Assembly: GCA_044342325.1 (NCBI GenBank)
Contig: JBIIPZ010000005.1
Coordinates: 1 to 64,000, forward strand
DNA length: 64,000 nucleotides
Source: Terrimicrobiaceae bacterium
GTDB taxonomy: Bacteria; Verrucomicrobiota; Verrucomicrobiia; Chthoniobacterales; Terrimicrobiaceae
Direction: 5' to 3'
Below are positions 29,191-37,982 of this stretch, one piece after another (position 1 is the stretch's first letter; each line of letters opens with the position of its first letter). The translations under genes were made by a program, and so were the position numbers. The notes below the pieces were generated by a model, which saw nothing but the letters and a program-made list of their open reading frames with translations, made no database searches and was not told where the DNA came from.

Positions 29191-30891
29191 TTACCAGAAG
29201 ATGATGTTTAAGATGACAGCCACGGCGAGCACAATGACGCCGAGGAAGGCGGGACGCAGCCAGACAGGTTCGTTGGCTTCTTTGATTCTTGGCGTAAGGG
29301 CGTAGACGAGGCCTTTGAGCTCCTCGTCAGTCCTTATGCGCTTGGTGGAAAGCGAAATAATGATGGTCATCCCGAAGCAAACGCTCCATGCCACGATCGC
29401 GAGCCAGAAGTTTTGCGCCATGCTGGAGGTGTAGGTGATATGGGCGCCAAGCCAGGCTCCTTTGATCCATGGCACAGTCTCGCCTGCCGTGAGCGGCATC
29501 GGGGAGCTGATGCCATGGAAAATGACGGCGGCCATGGTTCCGCATAGGAGTCCGAAGAATGCGCCGTGGCCGGTGGCCCGTTTCCAGAACATACCGAGCA
29601 GGAAGGTCGCGAAGACCGGGGCATTCACAAAACCAAAGACTAACTGCAGGAAGTCCATGATGTTATCCACATTCTTCGCCACATAGGCGAAGCCGATCGA
29701 GATAATGATACCCGCGACGGTGGCGAATTTGGCCATCCACATGTAGTGTTTATCGGATTTTCCCGGGGCGATGTAGGATTGGTAAATGTCAAAGGTCCAG
29801 ACGGTGTTGAAGGCGGTGACATTTCCGGCCATACCGGACATGAATGAGGCCATGAGCGCTGTCATGGCCAAGCCGAGGAGTCCGGTCGGCAGGTAGTGGG
29901 CCATGAGCGAGGGAATGACGAGGTTGTAGTCGGTTTCGCCAGTCACGCCATTTGGAATCGAGTAGCCAGAGCCGGCTTTTTCCATGAGGGCGAGGGCGAT
30001 CATTCCGGGGACGATGACGATAAATGGGAAAAGCATTTTCGGCACGGCGGCAATGATCGGTGTGCGTCGGGCATCGCCCATGTTCTTCGCCGCCATGGCG
30101 CGCTGAATGACCAGGAAGTCGGTGCACCAGTAGCCGAAGGAGAGGACAAACCCGAGGCCGAAGACGAGCGCGAACCACTCGACGCCCATCGGATTATTTG
30201 TAGTGTCCACATATTTCCAAGAGTGCGCGTAGGTTTCAGGTAACTTGGACATCATGCCCGACCATCCTCCGAGGTCGTTCAGGCCGATGATGACAAGCGG
30301 TGCAAATCCCAAAACGATCAGGAAAAATTGAAGAACTTCCGTGTAGATGGCTGAAGAGAGACCACCTTTGAGCACATAAGCCAGAACGATGATAGAAGTC
30401 GCTATGAGCGAGACATTGTAATCCCAGCCCAAGAGCAAATGCAGGAGCGCCGCCAGCGCGTGGAGTGACGCGCCCGAGGAGGCCACGGTCATCACCGCGA
30501 ATGCGGCCGCATTCAGCCCGCGCGTTTTTTCATCAAAGCGAAGTGCCAAATACTCCGGCACCGAACGGGCGCGCGAGCCGTAGTAGAATGGCATCATGAA
30601 TACCGCCAGAAAGATCATGGCCGGAATCGCGCCCACCCAATAGAATTGCGAGGTCATGATGCCGTATTTCGCACCCGATGCGGCCATACCGATCACCTCT
30701 TGAGCCCCGAGGTTTGCCGAGAGAAAAGCCAGCCCGGTCACCCACACAGGAATCGAGCCGCCTGCAAGCAGGAAGTCCGAAGCGCTCTTCATGTGGCGCT
30801 TGAGGACAAAGCCGATACCGATCACGACAAGGACATAGATGCCAAGAATCGAGTAATCGAGAGCCGTGAGGTTAATTGTATTGATGCTCAT
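29191..30891 (-). CDS. Sodium:solute symporter (SSS family), probably for a sugar
   Basis: DFLLAGGSIP, SANLGAQE, SVPEYLALRF, GGLSSAIYTEVLQ, YWCTDFLVIQRAMAAK; many TM helices. Confidence 0.93.
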   Translation of the reverse strand: MSINTINLTALDYSILGIYVLVVIGIGFVLKRHMKSASDFLLAGGSIPVWVTGLAFLSANLGAQEVIGMAASGAKYGIMTSQFYWVGAIPAMIFLAVFMMPFYYGSRARSVPEYLALRFDEKTRGLNAAAFAVMTVASSGASLHALAALLHLLLGWDYNVSLIATSIIVLAYVLKGGLSSAIYTEVLQFFLIVLGFAPLVIIGLNDLGGWSGMMSKLPETYAHSWKYVDTTNNPMGVEWFALVFGLGFVLSFGYWCTDFLVIQRAMAAKNMGDARRTPIIAAVPKMLFPFIVIVPGMIALALMEKAGSGYSIPNGVTGETDYNLVIPSLMAHYLPTGLLGLAMTALMASFMSGMAGNVTAFNTVWTFDIYQSYIAPGKSDKHYMWMAKFATVAGIIISIGFAYVAKNVDNIMDFLQLVFGFVNAPVFATFLLGMFWKRATGHGAFFGLLCGTMAAVIFHGISSPMPLTAGETVPWIKGAWLGAHITYTSSMAQNFWLAIVAWSVCFGMTIIISLSTKRIRTDEELKGLVYALTPRIKEANEPVWLRPAFLGVIVLAVAVILNIIFW

Positions 30892-31026
30892 AATGGGTGA
30901 TGTGGGCGATGAGGGGAAAACAAATGGAACTTCAGGAAAAATCTAAAGTGTTTGCTTCGCACAAATGCCTTTCGAGTGTCTATAAAAACTTTTGACGAAC
31001 AAAATTATCTTCGACCTTCCAGCGGC

Positions 31027-31566
31027 CTACCATTTCATCATGGGCAGCGGATTGAGCGGATGGCGCAAAAACTGTCCCCAAGCCAATCTCACGAGGTTGT
31101 TGTGGAATCCGAGATTGGGAAATGCGGCTTGGACCGATTTCACATCGCTGCGCGAAAGCGTGAAGCGGCGCACGCCCTGTGTGGCATCCACCCAGTCGCC
31201 CTTGCGAAAGACTTCAACCAGCGGGAACCGGCTGTTGGCTATAGAGCGGAATTTGTGGTGCAGGCTGATCATCTCCGAGATTTCATCGATCCAACCCGCT
31301 TGGCCCGAGCGCTGCAAATACTCCTGAGCCAGGGCGATCGACGGCTCCAGATAGTCCACGACATCCCCAGGCCACATGCCGAGGTCGTGAAAACAAGCGG
31401 CTATAATCAGCTTCTCCTCGTCCTCGCCGTGACACTCATGAAAGGCGAAGCAAAAGTTCAGGACTCGGTAAACATGGTTTTTGTAGGGCTCGAATTGCGC
31501 ACCGATCACTTCCGCCCGCTCGGCGAGGATGCTTTCCAAAAGCGGGATGTTGTTATGAATCTGCAT
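31027..31566 (-). CDS. HD-domain protein
   Basis: YKNHVYRV...AACFHDLG...HHK...D motifs. Confidence 0.8.
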   Translation of the reverse strand: MQIHNNIPLLESILAERAEVIGAQFEPYKNHVYRVLNFCFAFHECHGEDEEKLIIAACFHDLGMWPGDVVDYLEPSIALAQEYLQRSGQAGWIDEISEMISLHHKFRSIANSRFPLVEVFRKGDWVDATQGVRRFTLSRSDVKSVQAAFPNLGFHNNLVRLAWGQFLRHPLNPLPMMKW

Positions 31567-31602
31567 GGGTCGTCAGGGTGTTAGGGGCTGCAGGATTCGG
31601 AA

Positions 31603-31920
31603 TCAAGACTTGGCGACTTCTCTCTCATAAAACACCACACCCACCCGCTCGATATGGTCCAAGAGCTCTTGATGACGAAGTGTCTTTTTCAGCAAGAGAT
31701 CCACCTTTTGGGGAATCGGCGTTTCCTCCAATTCGCCAAGCATTGTTGCCAGATGCCGCCCCTCCAGCGCATCCCCCTCCAAAGCCAAATCAATATCAGA
31801 CCCTTCCCTGAAATTTCCCTTGGCACGCGAGCCGAAGAGCTTGGCGCGTTGGACTTCCGGGTGACGCCTGAACACCGCACGGATTTCTTCAGCGACGCTT
31901 GTGGGCACGCCATCTTTCAT
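31603..31920 (-). CDS. Minimal nucleotidyltransferase (MNT) antitoxin
   Basis: LFGSRAKGNFREGSDIDLAL (GSx10DxD), KVDL, HIERVG. ATG 31920 overlaps the HEPN gene stop (ATGA). Confidence 0.92.
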   Translation of the reverse strand: MKDGVPTSVAEEIRAVFRRHPEVQRAKLFGSRAKGNFREGSDIDLALEGDALEGRHLATMLGELEETPIPQKVDLLLKKTLRHQELLDHIERVGVVFYEREVAKS

Positions 31921-32360
31921 GTCGCGCGCTCCTGCAGATCCGCCATGCCTCTTCGCAGGTTCGCAAATGCCCCCGCATACTCGTTGACGATGGCGGAGCA
32001 AATATCCTCGACCGTTTCCTCGTTGTAGGTGTGCGTGGTTTGGTTGCGACTCGCGATCATCCGCATCCATAAATCACCGTTCTCAATCAGTCCGGCCGCA
32101 AATGCGGACCGCGTGGCATCCCTTGATCCATAGATGCCGCTCTGACCACTTTCCTCCAGAAAATCCTTGAGCGTATTCCAGGCCAATTCATGCGTGAATT
32201 CGAATACATGGAGCAGCCCTTGCCTCTCCAGTTCGCTCAATCCTCGTTGGCGCGAGAGCTCGACCGCGCGCTCCAACTGCTCCAGCGCCCGTTCAAAGTT
32301 CTGGAAACGCTGAAGCCAACGCACATCAGGATTTTTATAAGTTCCAGATCCCGCCGGCAA
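31917..32360 (-). CDS. HEPN nucleotidyltransferase substrate-binding protein (HI0074 family toxin)
   Basis: DVRWLQRFQNF, GLLHVFEFTHELAWNTLKDFL and HEPN Rx4H motif RNQTTHTY. Start codon uncertain. Confidence 0.9.
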   Translation of the reverse strand: MPAGSGTYKNPDVRWLQRFQNFERALEQLERAVELSRQRGLSELERQGLLHVFEFTHELAWNTLKDFLEESGQSGIYGSRDATRSAFAAGLIENGDLWMRMIASRNQTTHTYNEETVEDICSAIVNEYAGAFANLRRGMADLQERAT

Positions 32361-32366
32361 GCAGCC

Positions 32367-34328
32367 TTATGCCAAGCGCGCCTTGGCGTCCGCAGCGAGG
32401 TTTTTCCAGAGGCTGGCGAGCGAGGCGGTGACGGATTCCTTCGCGGCGGCGACTTCGGCGGGAGTGAAGGATTTGCCGGCTTCGGGAGTCTGCGCGGCGA
32501 ACATGTAGTATTTGATTTTCGGCTCGGTGCCCGAGGGCCTCACCGCCACGCGGTGGCGGTCGGCGAGCGTAATCATGAGCATGGCCTCGGCGGGGATGAG
32601 GTCGCCTTCGATGTCGTGGATCGTGTCGGTGGCGAAATTCAAGATGCCGCTGACCTTGGCTCCGTCGATCTCGGCGGGCGGGTTGGCGGCGTAGGAGGCG
32701 ACGAGCTTTTTGATTTGGGCGGCCCCTTCGGCACCATCCATCGTCAGCGATTCACCGCGCTCGAGATAAACGCCAAACTCGGCGAAGATACGGTCGAGCA
32801 GGCCGACGAGTGTGAGGCCCTGGGATTTCGCGTAAGCGGCGGCCTCGGCGATGAGGACAGCGGCTGAGTTGCCATCCTTGTCCCTCACAAAATCCGATGC
32901 GCTGTAGCCGTAGCTCTCCTCGCCGCCGAAGACATAGAAGCTCGAGTGCTCGAGGCGCAGGCGGCGCGTCTCCTCCTCGGAGAGAGCGGTGTAGTCGGGG
33001 CGCAGAGCCGCCGGAATGGCCGCCTCGTAGTTGCCGAGCTTTTGGCCGATGTATTTGAAACCGGTGAGCGTCTCCACGCAGCGGAGGCCGAATTTTTCCG
33101 CAATCGCCTTCTGAAGATCGGTAGTGACGAATGTCTTGATGATCACGCCGCGCGAGCGGTTCGAGTTATTGAGGATGCCGAATTCAAAAAACTTTGTCGC
33201 CCGATACCAAGCGAGGATCGAGCCGATCTGGTTGCCCGTGATAAGATGCATTTTGCCATCGGCATCCCGCGCGGCAATACCCATGCGGTCGTCATCCGGG
33301 TCGGTGGCAATGACGAGGTCCGCGCCAGTGCGGTCGGCCTGCGCAATCGCCATCGAGAGCGCTTCGGCATTTTCAGGATTCGGCGACTTCACCGTCGGGA
33401 AGCGTCCATCGGGAATTTCCTGCTCGGCCACGCCGTCGCATTGGAATCCCAAGCGCTTCAGCATCGGCTTGATGATGACCGCGCCCACGCCGTGGAGCGG
33501 GGTGTAGACGATCTTAAGAGAGTTCTCACGGCGGATCAGCTCGGGATCGATCGGGAGAGTGGCAAGCCGCTCCATGTAGGCCTCGTCAATGTCGGCGCCC
33601 ATCGGAATGACGCGTCCACGCTCGCTCTCCGCGACCGGCGTGAAGCTTTCGGACTCCACGGCATTGACGCGGTCGATGATCGCCGAAGCGTGCGGCTCGG
33701 TGACCTGACAGCCGTCTTCGAAGTAAACTTTGTAGCCGTTGTATTCCGGTGGATTGTGACTCGCCGTGAGGTTGATGCCCGCCTGAGCCTTCACATGGCG
33801 GACGGCAAAGGACAACTCCGGCGTGGAACGGGGTCCCTCGAAAAGGTAGGCGTTGCAGCCCAGATCGGTGATGATTTTTGCCGCCAACTCGGCGAACTCG
33901 CGGGAAAAAAACCGCGTGTCATGGCAGAGGCAGACGGCAGGTTTTCCCGCACGACCGCTCTTGGCGAAATACTCCTTCACATAGAGCACAAGGCCCTGAG
34001 TGGCGCGGCTGATATTGTAGGTATTCATCGCATTCGTGCCCACACAGGCAAACTCCGGACGCCCGAGCGCCTGGGGATTTCCCCGCTCGACCGTGGTCAC
34101 CACCGCGCCAATTGTCTTGCCGCGCAGCCCGCCCGTTCCAAAAGCCAGCGTGCGGAAAAAGCGGTTGTCCAACTCGGCCCAATTGCCAGCTTCCACCAAC
34201 TCAGCCACAGAGGCCTGATCAACCGGTGAAGCGCTTTTCGAAAGAAGGCTCTCGATGTTTTTGGCGGACTCTGAAAGAAGTTTTCCATCAGCAGCGGCTT
34301 GGCGGATCGTAGCGAGGAGAGAGTTCAT
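32367..34328 (-). CDS. pgm: Phosphoglucomutase/phosphomannomutase
   Basis: FGTGGLRG, TASHNP.EYNGYK, metal loop DPDDDR, GGEESYG, RPSGTEPKIK. Confidence 0.95.
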   Translation of the reverse strand: MNSLLATIRQAAADGKLLSESAKNIESLLSKSASPVDQASVAELVEAGNWAELDNRFFRTLAFGTGGLRGKTIGAVVTTVERGNPQALGRPEFACVGTNAMNTYNISRATQGLVLYVKEYFAKSGRAGKPAVCLCHDTRFFSREFAELAAKIITDLGCNAYLFEGPRSTPELSFAVRHVKAQAGINLTASHNPPEYNGYKVYFEDGCQVTEPHASAIIDRVNAVESESFTPVAESERGRVIPMGADIDEAYMERLATLPIDPELIRRENSLKIVYTPLHGVGAVIIKPMLKRLGFQCDGVAEQEIPDGRFPTVKSPNPENAEALSMAIAQADRTGADLVIATDPDDDRMGIAARDADGKMHLITGNQIGSILAWYRATKFFEFGILNNSNRSRGVIIKTFVTTDLQKAIAEKFGLRCVETLTGFKYIGQKLGNYEAAIPAALRPDYTALSEEETRRLRLEHSSFYVFGGEESYGYSASDFVRDKDGNSAAVLIAEAAAYAKSQGLTLVGLLDRIFAEFGVYLERGESLTMDGAEGAAQIKKLVASYAANPPAEIDGAKVSGILNFATDTIHDIEGDLIPAEAMLMITLADRHRVAVRPSGTEPKIKYYMFAAQTPEAGKSFTPAEVAAAKESVTASLASLWKNLAADAKARLA

Positions 34329-34497
34329 ACGCTGAGAATTAGCACGGCGCCAAGGCGCCTGTAAATCCCGGAACCCGCTTCACACGATGCAGAGCGTTCG
34401 TTTCGCAAGGTAGGGTTGGTGCGCTCTCCGAGCCGGAGGCCGTCGCCGACCGATTTTTGCGGAGGGCCTGCCAGCCGACGATGCATATTCCCACACC

Positions 34498-34595
34498 TGC
34501 CGACGGGGACGTCGGCGCTCCAGCGCATTGGGAGGGTCATCGTCCTCGCATGACCCAAGATTCAGCCGCCCTCCGGGTCGGAGAGCAGCGGCGTC
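34498..34595. repeat. Modular REP-like element (A+B+hairpin with short insert), overlapping the DUF2442 gene 3' end
   Basis: TGCCGACGGGGACGTCGGCGCTCCAGCGCATTGGGAGGGTCATCGTCCTCGCATGACCCAAGATTCAGCCGCCCTCCGGGTCGGAGAGCAGCGGCGTC. Confidence 0.88.
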
Positions 34596-34831
34596 ATGGG
34601 CTGGACACAGCCTGCTTCGCACCACTCGCGCAAGGTATCCGGGCAGTAATCAATCCCTCCTGGCCACTCAATCGTCAGGCCGTTTGTTGAAACTTGTGCA
34701 AAAAAGTTCGCATCACGCAGAGGGTCTGTTGGTTCAAATGATGGAGACAAATCAATCTCTCCACAAAAACCATCCGAAAAATGCAGGCGTAATTGCGAGT
34801 CCCCTGTCACGGCAGCCGTTAAAACTCTCAT
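34562..34831 (-). CDS. DUF2442 family protein (putative antitoxin)
   Basis: LRLHFSDG..GEIDL...PLRD..FFAQV......TIEWPGGIDYCPDTL. ATGA-coupled to the DUF4160 gene. Confidence 0.85.
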   Translation of the reverse strand: MRVLTAAVTGDSQLRLHFSDGFCGEIDLSPSFEPTDPLRDANFFAQVSTNGLTIEWPGGIDYCPDTLREWCEAGCVQPMTPLLSDPEGG

Positions 34832-35091
34832 TTTAATCCTCCAATTTTTCCAAGTGCACGCCCAGCTCTCATATTTTCCCATTGCTCGATAAGCTCATTT
34901 TGGTGCAAGGCGGCCCACTCGACTACTTCTCCATGCTGACGAGGAGGGAGTTTTCCCGCCATTACCCCGAAGTCCGAAATGCGAATGCTGGCCTCCCATT
35001 CAGCGCTCATTGCGTGGAAGTGCGGCGGGTTGTGCTCTCCTCGAGTGTTTATAAAAATGGAAATCGAACCCCACTCAGAAATCTTCGGCAT
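34828..35091 (-). CDS. DUF4160 family protein (putative toxin)
   Basis: MPKIS..GSISI....EHNPPHFHA...EA.I.I......G.LP......V.EWA.LHQ.EL...WE. Confidence 0.88.
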   Translation of the reverse strand: MPKISEWGSISIFINTRGEHNPPHFHAMSAEWEASIRISDFGVMAGKLPPRQHGEVVEWAALHQNELIEQWENMRAGRALGKIGGLK

Positions 35092-35260
35092 ACTTTTTTA
35101 GATTATCTCTTAGCGGGAAAAATCAACACCTCATTCCAAAATTCTTTGCATTTCATCGTGGCACGCTGCCGTAGTTTAGTAAGCGTTGCGCCAAGCACCC
35201 CGTTTTTTTTTGAGGGGTTGGTGTAAATGTCGTAGGCCTATGCCACGACACTTACAGCAT

Positions 35261-36802
35261 CTACGCCGCCTTTTTCAGCGAGAGCTTCTTGTCCGCCCAC
35301 TTTTCTGGGGTGAGTTCGGCTACCTGCCAGCTTGTGGTCTCGGTGATGCGGGTGAGCACGTCGCGCAGATACTCATGCGGATCGATACCGCGTCTGCGGC
35401 AACTTTCGATAATCGTGTAGATCACGGCGCTGCGCTTTCCGGCCTCGGCGTCTCCAAAAAACAGCCAGTTCTTCTTGCCGATGGCCGTTGGTCGAATCGC
35501 ATTTTCCACGCCGTTGTTGTCGATTTCGATACGGCCATTAGCGACATACTTGGTGAGAAGTTCCCAGTGCGAGAGGGTGTAGCTGATGGCTTTTCCAAAT
35601 GTGCTCGATGGGAGATGCCTTTGGGATGCCTCCATTTTTTCGAGCGCTCGCTTGAGGCGGTTCAATACCATCGCGCTTTGACTGGTTCGCACGGCCACTC
35701 TCAATGCAGGCCCAGCCTTGCTTTTACGCAGGCGTGCTTCGATTCGGTAAAGATTTTGGATTTGATACAGGACCCAGTTGGCGCGCAGTGGCACATGTTC
35801 GCGGGCCTCGTGGAAGTGCCGCCGCGCGTGAGCCCAGCATCCGGCCAGTTCGATACCTTCGCGTTTACTGGCGAAAGCAGGATAAGCCGCATAGGCGTCG
35901 CATTGCAGCACGCCGCGAAAGTTCACCGGAACGATGTTTTCCAAGCAGGCGGCGCCTCTTCCCGTCTCCCAGTGGAAGACCGCGTCGAGTCCAGGCGCGT
36001 GGGCTGTCCACAAGTAGCCTTGTTTGGTTTTTCCATTCCCGGGCTCAAGATAAGACACGGGCGTTTCGTCGATCTGGACATACTTGTTGTCCATAACTGT
36101 GGTGCGAATGATTTCGTAAATGGGCTGCAACCAAAAGGCGATGAGTTCCATCCATCTCGCAAGCGTCGATCGCGGCAACGACACGCCGTGGCGAGTTTTG
36201 AAAATCATCTCCTGCCGGTAGAGCGGAAGGTGGTCGCAGTATTTGGAGACCGCCACGGTGGCAAGCAGGCCGGGAGCAGCAATGCCGCGCTCCTGCAGGC
36301 ACTCGGGCAGAGGCGCAATTACGGGAGCTGCCTCCTTGTCATCAATGAGCACATATTTGGGACGCACCAGAAGACGGCGAAAAAAACGCCCCGGCTCGAA
36401 GTCCAATCGCTCGCTGATTTCTTCACCAATCCGGCGCCATTTTTCCGGATCGGCAAGCACCTCCGGTGGGTCGATCACAACCTCCTCCGCAGGCAGGTTT
36501 TCAGGAATGCGTTCGCGCCTTGGGGATTTGGTTTTGGGTTTGGCGGGGATCATGGCCTCCGCAAGCAAGGAGGCATCAGGCTCGGGCGCTTGCGTCTCGG
36601 AAAGAACGGCAAACAAATCGAGTTGATTGGAGTTGAGCGCCTCGCTCGAACTCCCGAACATTTTCTTCATCAGCCAATCGATCTTTTCATTCAGAAGCTT
36701 CACCTCCTGGCGAAGAGACTTATTTTCGGCAATCAGGCGCGCATTGTCCTTTCGGAGCCGTTCGTTCTCCTGCGCCAGGTTGTTTTCGCCGGTTTTCTTC
36801 AC
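35261..36802 (-). CDS. tnpC: IS66 DDE transposase TnpC
   Basis: N-terminal coiled coil, FGSSSE, KYCDHLPLYRQ, IDETPV, LQCDAYAAY, CWAHARRHF, IDNNGVENAIRPTAIGKKNWLF. Confidence 0.96.
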   Translation of the reverse strand: MKKTGENNLAQENERLRKDNARLIAENKSLRQEVKLLNEKIDWLMKKMFGSSSEALNSNQLDLFAVLSETQAPEPDASLLAEAMIPAKPKTKSPRRERIPENLPAEEVVIDPPEVLADPEKWRRIGEEISERLDFEPGRFFRRLLVRPKYVLIDDKEAAPVIAPLPECLQERGIAAPGLLATVAVSKYCDHLPLYRQEMIFKTRHGVSLPRSTLARWMELIAFWLQPIYEIIRTTVMDNKYVQIDETPVSYLEPGNGKTKQGYLWTAHAPGLDAVFHWETGRGAACLENIVPVNFRGVLQCDAYAAYPAFASKREGIELAGCWAHARRHFHEAREHVPLRANWVLYQIQNLYRIEARLRKSKAGPALRVAVRTSQSAMVLNRLKRALEKMEASQRHLPSSTFGKAISYTLSHWELLTKYVANGRIEIDNNGVENAIRPTAIGKKNWLFFGDAEAGKRSAVIYTIIESCRRRGIDPHEYLRDVLTRITETTSWQVAELTPEKWADKKLSLKKAA

Positions 36803-36849
36803 TCATAAAATACATAGCATGTTCCATGCCAACTGCATAAGCGAAAACT

Positions 36850-37203
36850 TCAGGCTTCACGCTGATACCATGCCCGCATCCGCCCGCCTCGCAAATCAAC
36901 CCCGTCGGTGAGCATGGCCAACGCCTCGGGTCGCAGGGCGAGTTTGGTTTTCCCATCCGTATCCTTGGGCCAGGAAAAGGTTCCCTTTTCCAGACGCTTT
37001 GTCAGCAACCAGAGGCCCGTGCCATCCCAGTAAATAATTTTGAGCCGTGTGTGCCTGCGATTGCTGAACACAAAGAGCGCCCCACTCTGCAAATCCTCGT
37101 TGAGCTTGGTTGCGACCATGCCAGAGAGCCCGTCAAATCCTTTGCGCATATCGCAAGGCTCCAAAGCCACGAACACTCGCAACGCTCCGGTGAAACTCAG
37201 CAT
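36850..37203 (-). CDS. tnpB: IS66 accessory protein TnpB
   Basis: PCDMRKGFDGL...LFVFSNRR...KIIYWDGTGLWLLTKRLEKGTF.WP. Confidence 0.96.
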   Translation of the reverse strand: MLSFTGALRVFVALEPCDMRKGFDGLSGMVATKLNEDLQSGALFVFSNRRHTRLKIIYWDGTGLWLLTKRLEKGTFSWPKDTDGKTKLALRPEALAMLTDGVDLRGGRMRAWYQREA

Positions 37204-37610
37204 ACCTCGCCTCCCATCGCGCGCAGCACCACAGCCGCCAATTCCGCATCACGCTCATCCCTGACCCTCAGCCTCGCTCCACCCCCAAGGAGTTCGATTT
37301 CCATCCCGTCGCCAGCACAGCGTGGCTCGGCCCCGCAGGCGATCTCCGCCTCGATCCATTGCACCTGAGGCTTCGCCGCCGCTCCCGTCAAAGCCGAATC
37401 TTTCCCCTGCTTTTGATTGCGCTCCTGAACCCAACTGCAAAAGGTCGAGTAGTTGATGCCAACCATGGCGGCAAACCTTGCCGCACTCATGCCCGCGCCA
37501 TCGAAGGCCGTGAGTATTTCCTGCCGCTTGCCAAGCGGCGTGCGCACACGCCCCAGACTGTCCTGCTTGAGAATTTCCCCTGCTGATAATAACGATGCTG
37601 TAGATGTCAT
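37197..37610 (-). CDS. tnpA: IS66 accessory protein TnpA (HTH)
   Basis: GMSAARFAAMVGINYSTFCSW HTH; first ORF inside the IS end. Confidence 0.88.
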   Translation of the reverse strand: MTSTASLLSAGEILKQDSLGRVRTPLGKRQEILTAFDGAGMSAARFAAMVGINYSTFCSWVQERNQKQGKDSALTGAAAKPQVQWIEAEIACGAEPRCAGDGMEIELLGGGARLRVRDERDAELAAVVLRAMGGEVC

Positions 37611-37688
37611 AGCCTCCAGACTACGACACCTCCACTACCTACGGTAGGTGGTGCTCGGCGCAACGCTTACGTAGTTTATCCCCGCACA

Positions 37689-37982
37689 TGCCGACGGGGA
37701 CGGCGGCGCTCCGGCGCATTGGGAGGGTCATCATCTTGCATGACCCATTTTTCAGCCGCCCTCCGGCTCGTAGACCTCCGGGTCGGAGAGCAGCGGCGTC
37801 CGAGGGGAGCATGGTCGTCTCGACCGTGCAGGCGCGAGGCGTGGTTTCGAATGGATTTTGAGCGTGGTGGTGTCTGGGAGTGGTTCCGCGTTTTCCGTGA
37901 TTGATATTGGGGCCATGCCAACCGAAGCACATCGCCGATGGCCCGAAGGGCGCAGCGAGCAGGGCAAAGGATGGCCCTCCAA
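37689..37982. repeat. Composite REP-like element (A+B+hairpin with long insert+C) followed by an inverted, interrupted module B
   Basis: 37689-37838 matches the copies at 34498, 53558 and 55173. 37908-37982 reads TGGGGCCATGCC[~45-bp insert]AAAGGATGGCCCTCCAA and abuts the autotransporter stop codon. Confidence 0.85.

Larger units (their letters stand above)
35179..37670 (-). mobile_element. Complete IS66 family insertion sequence, 2492 bp
   Basis: Terminal inverted repeats GTAAGCGTTGCGCCAAGCACC (35179-35199) and GGTGCTCGGCGCAACGCTTAC (37650-37670) match at 20/21. 8-bp direct repeat GTAGTTTA at 35171-35178 and 37671-37678. Gene order tnpA-tnpB-tnpC. Confidence 0.97.
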
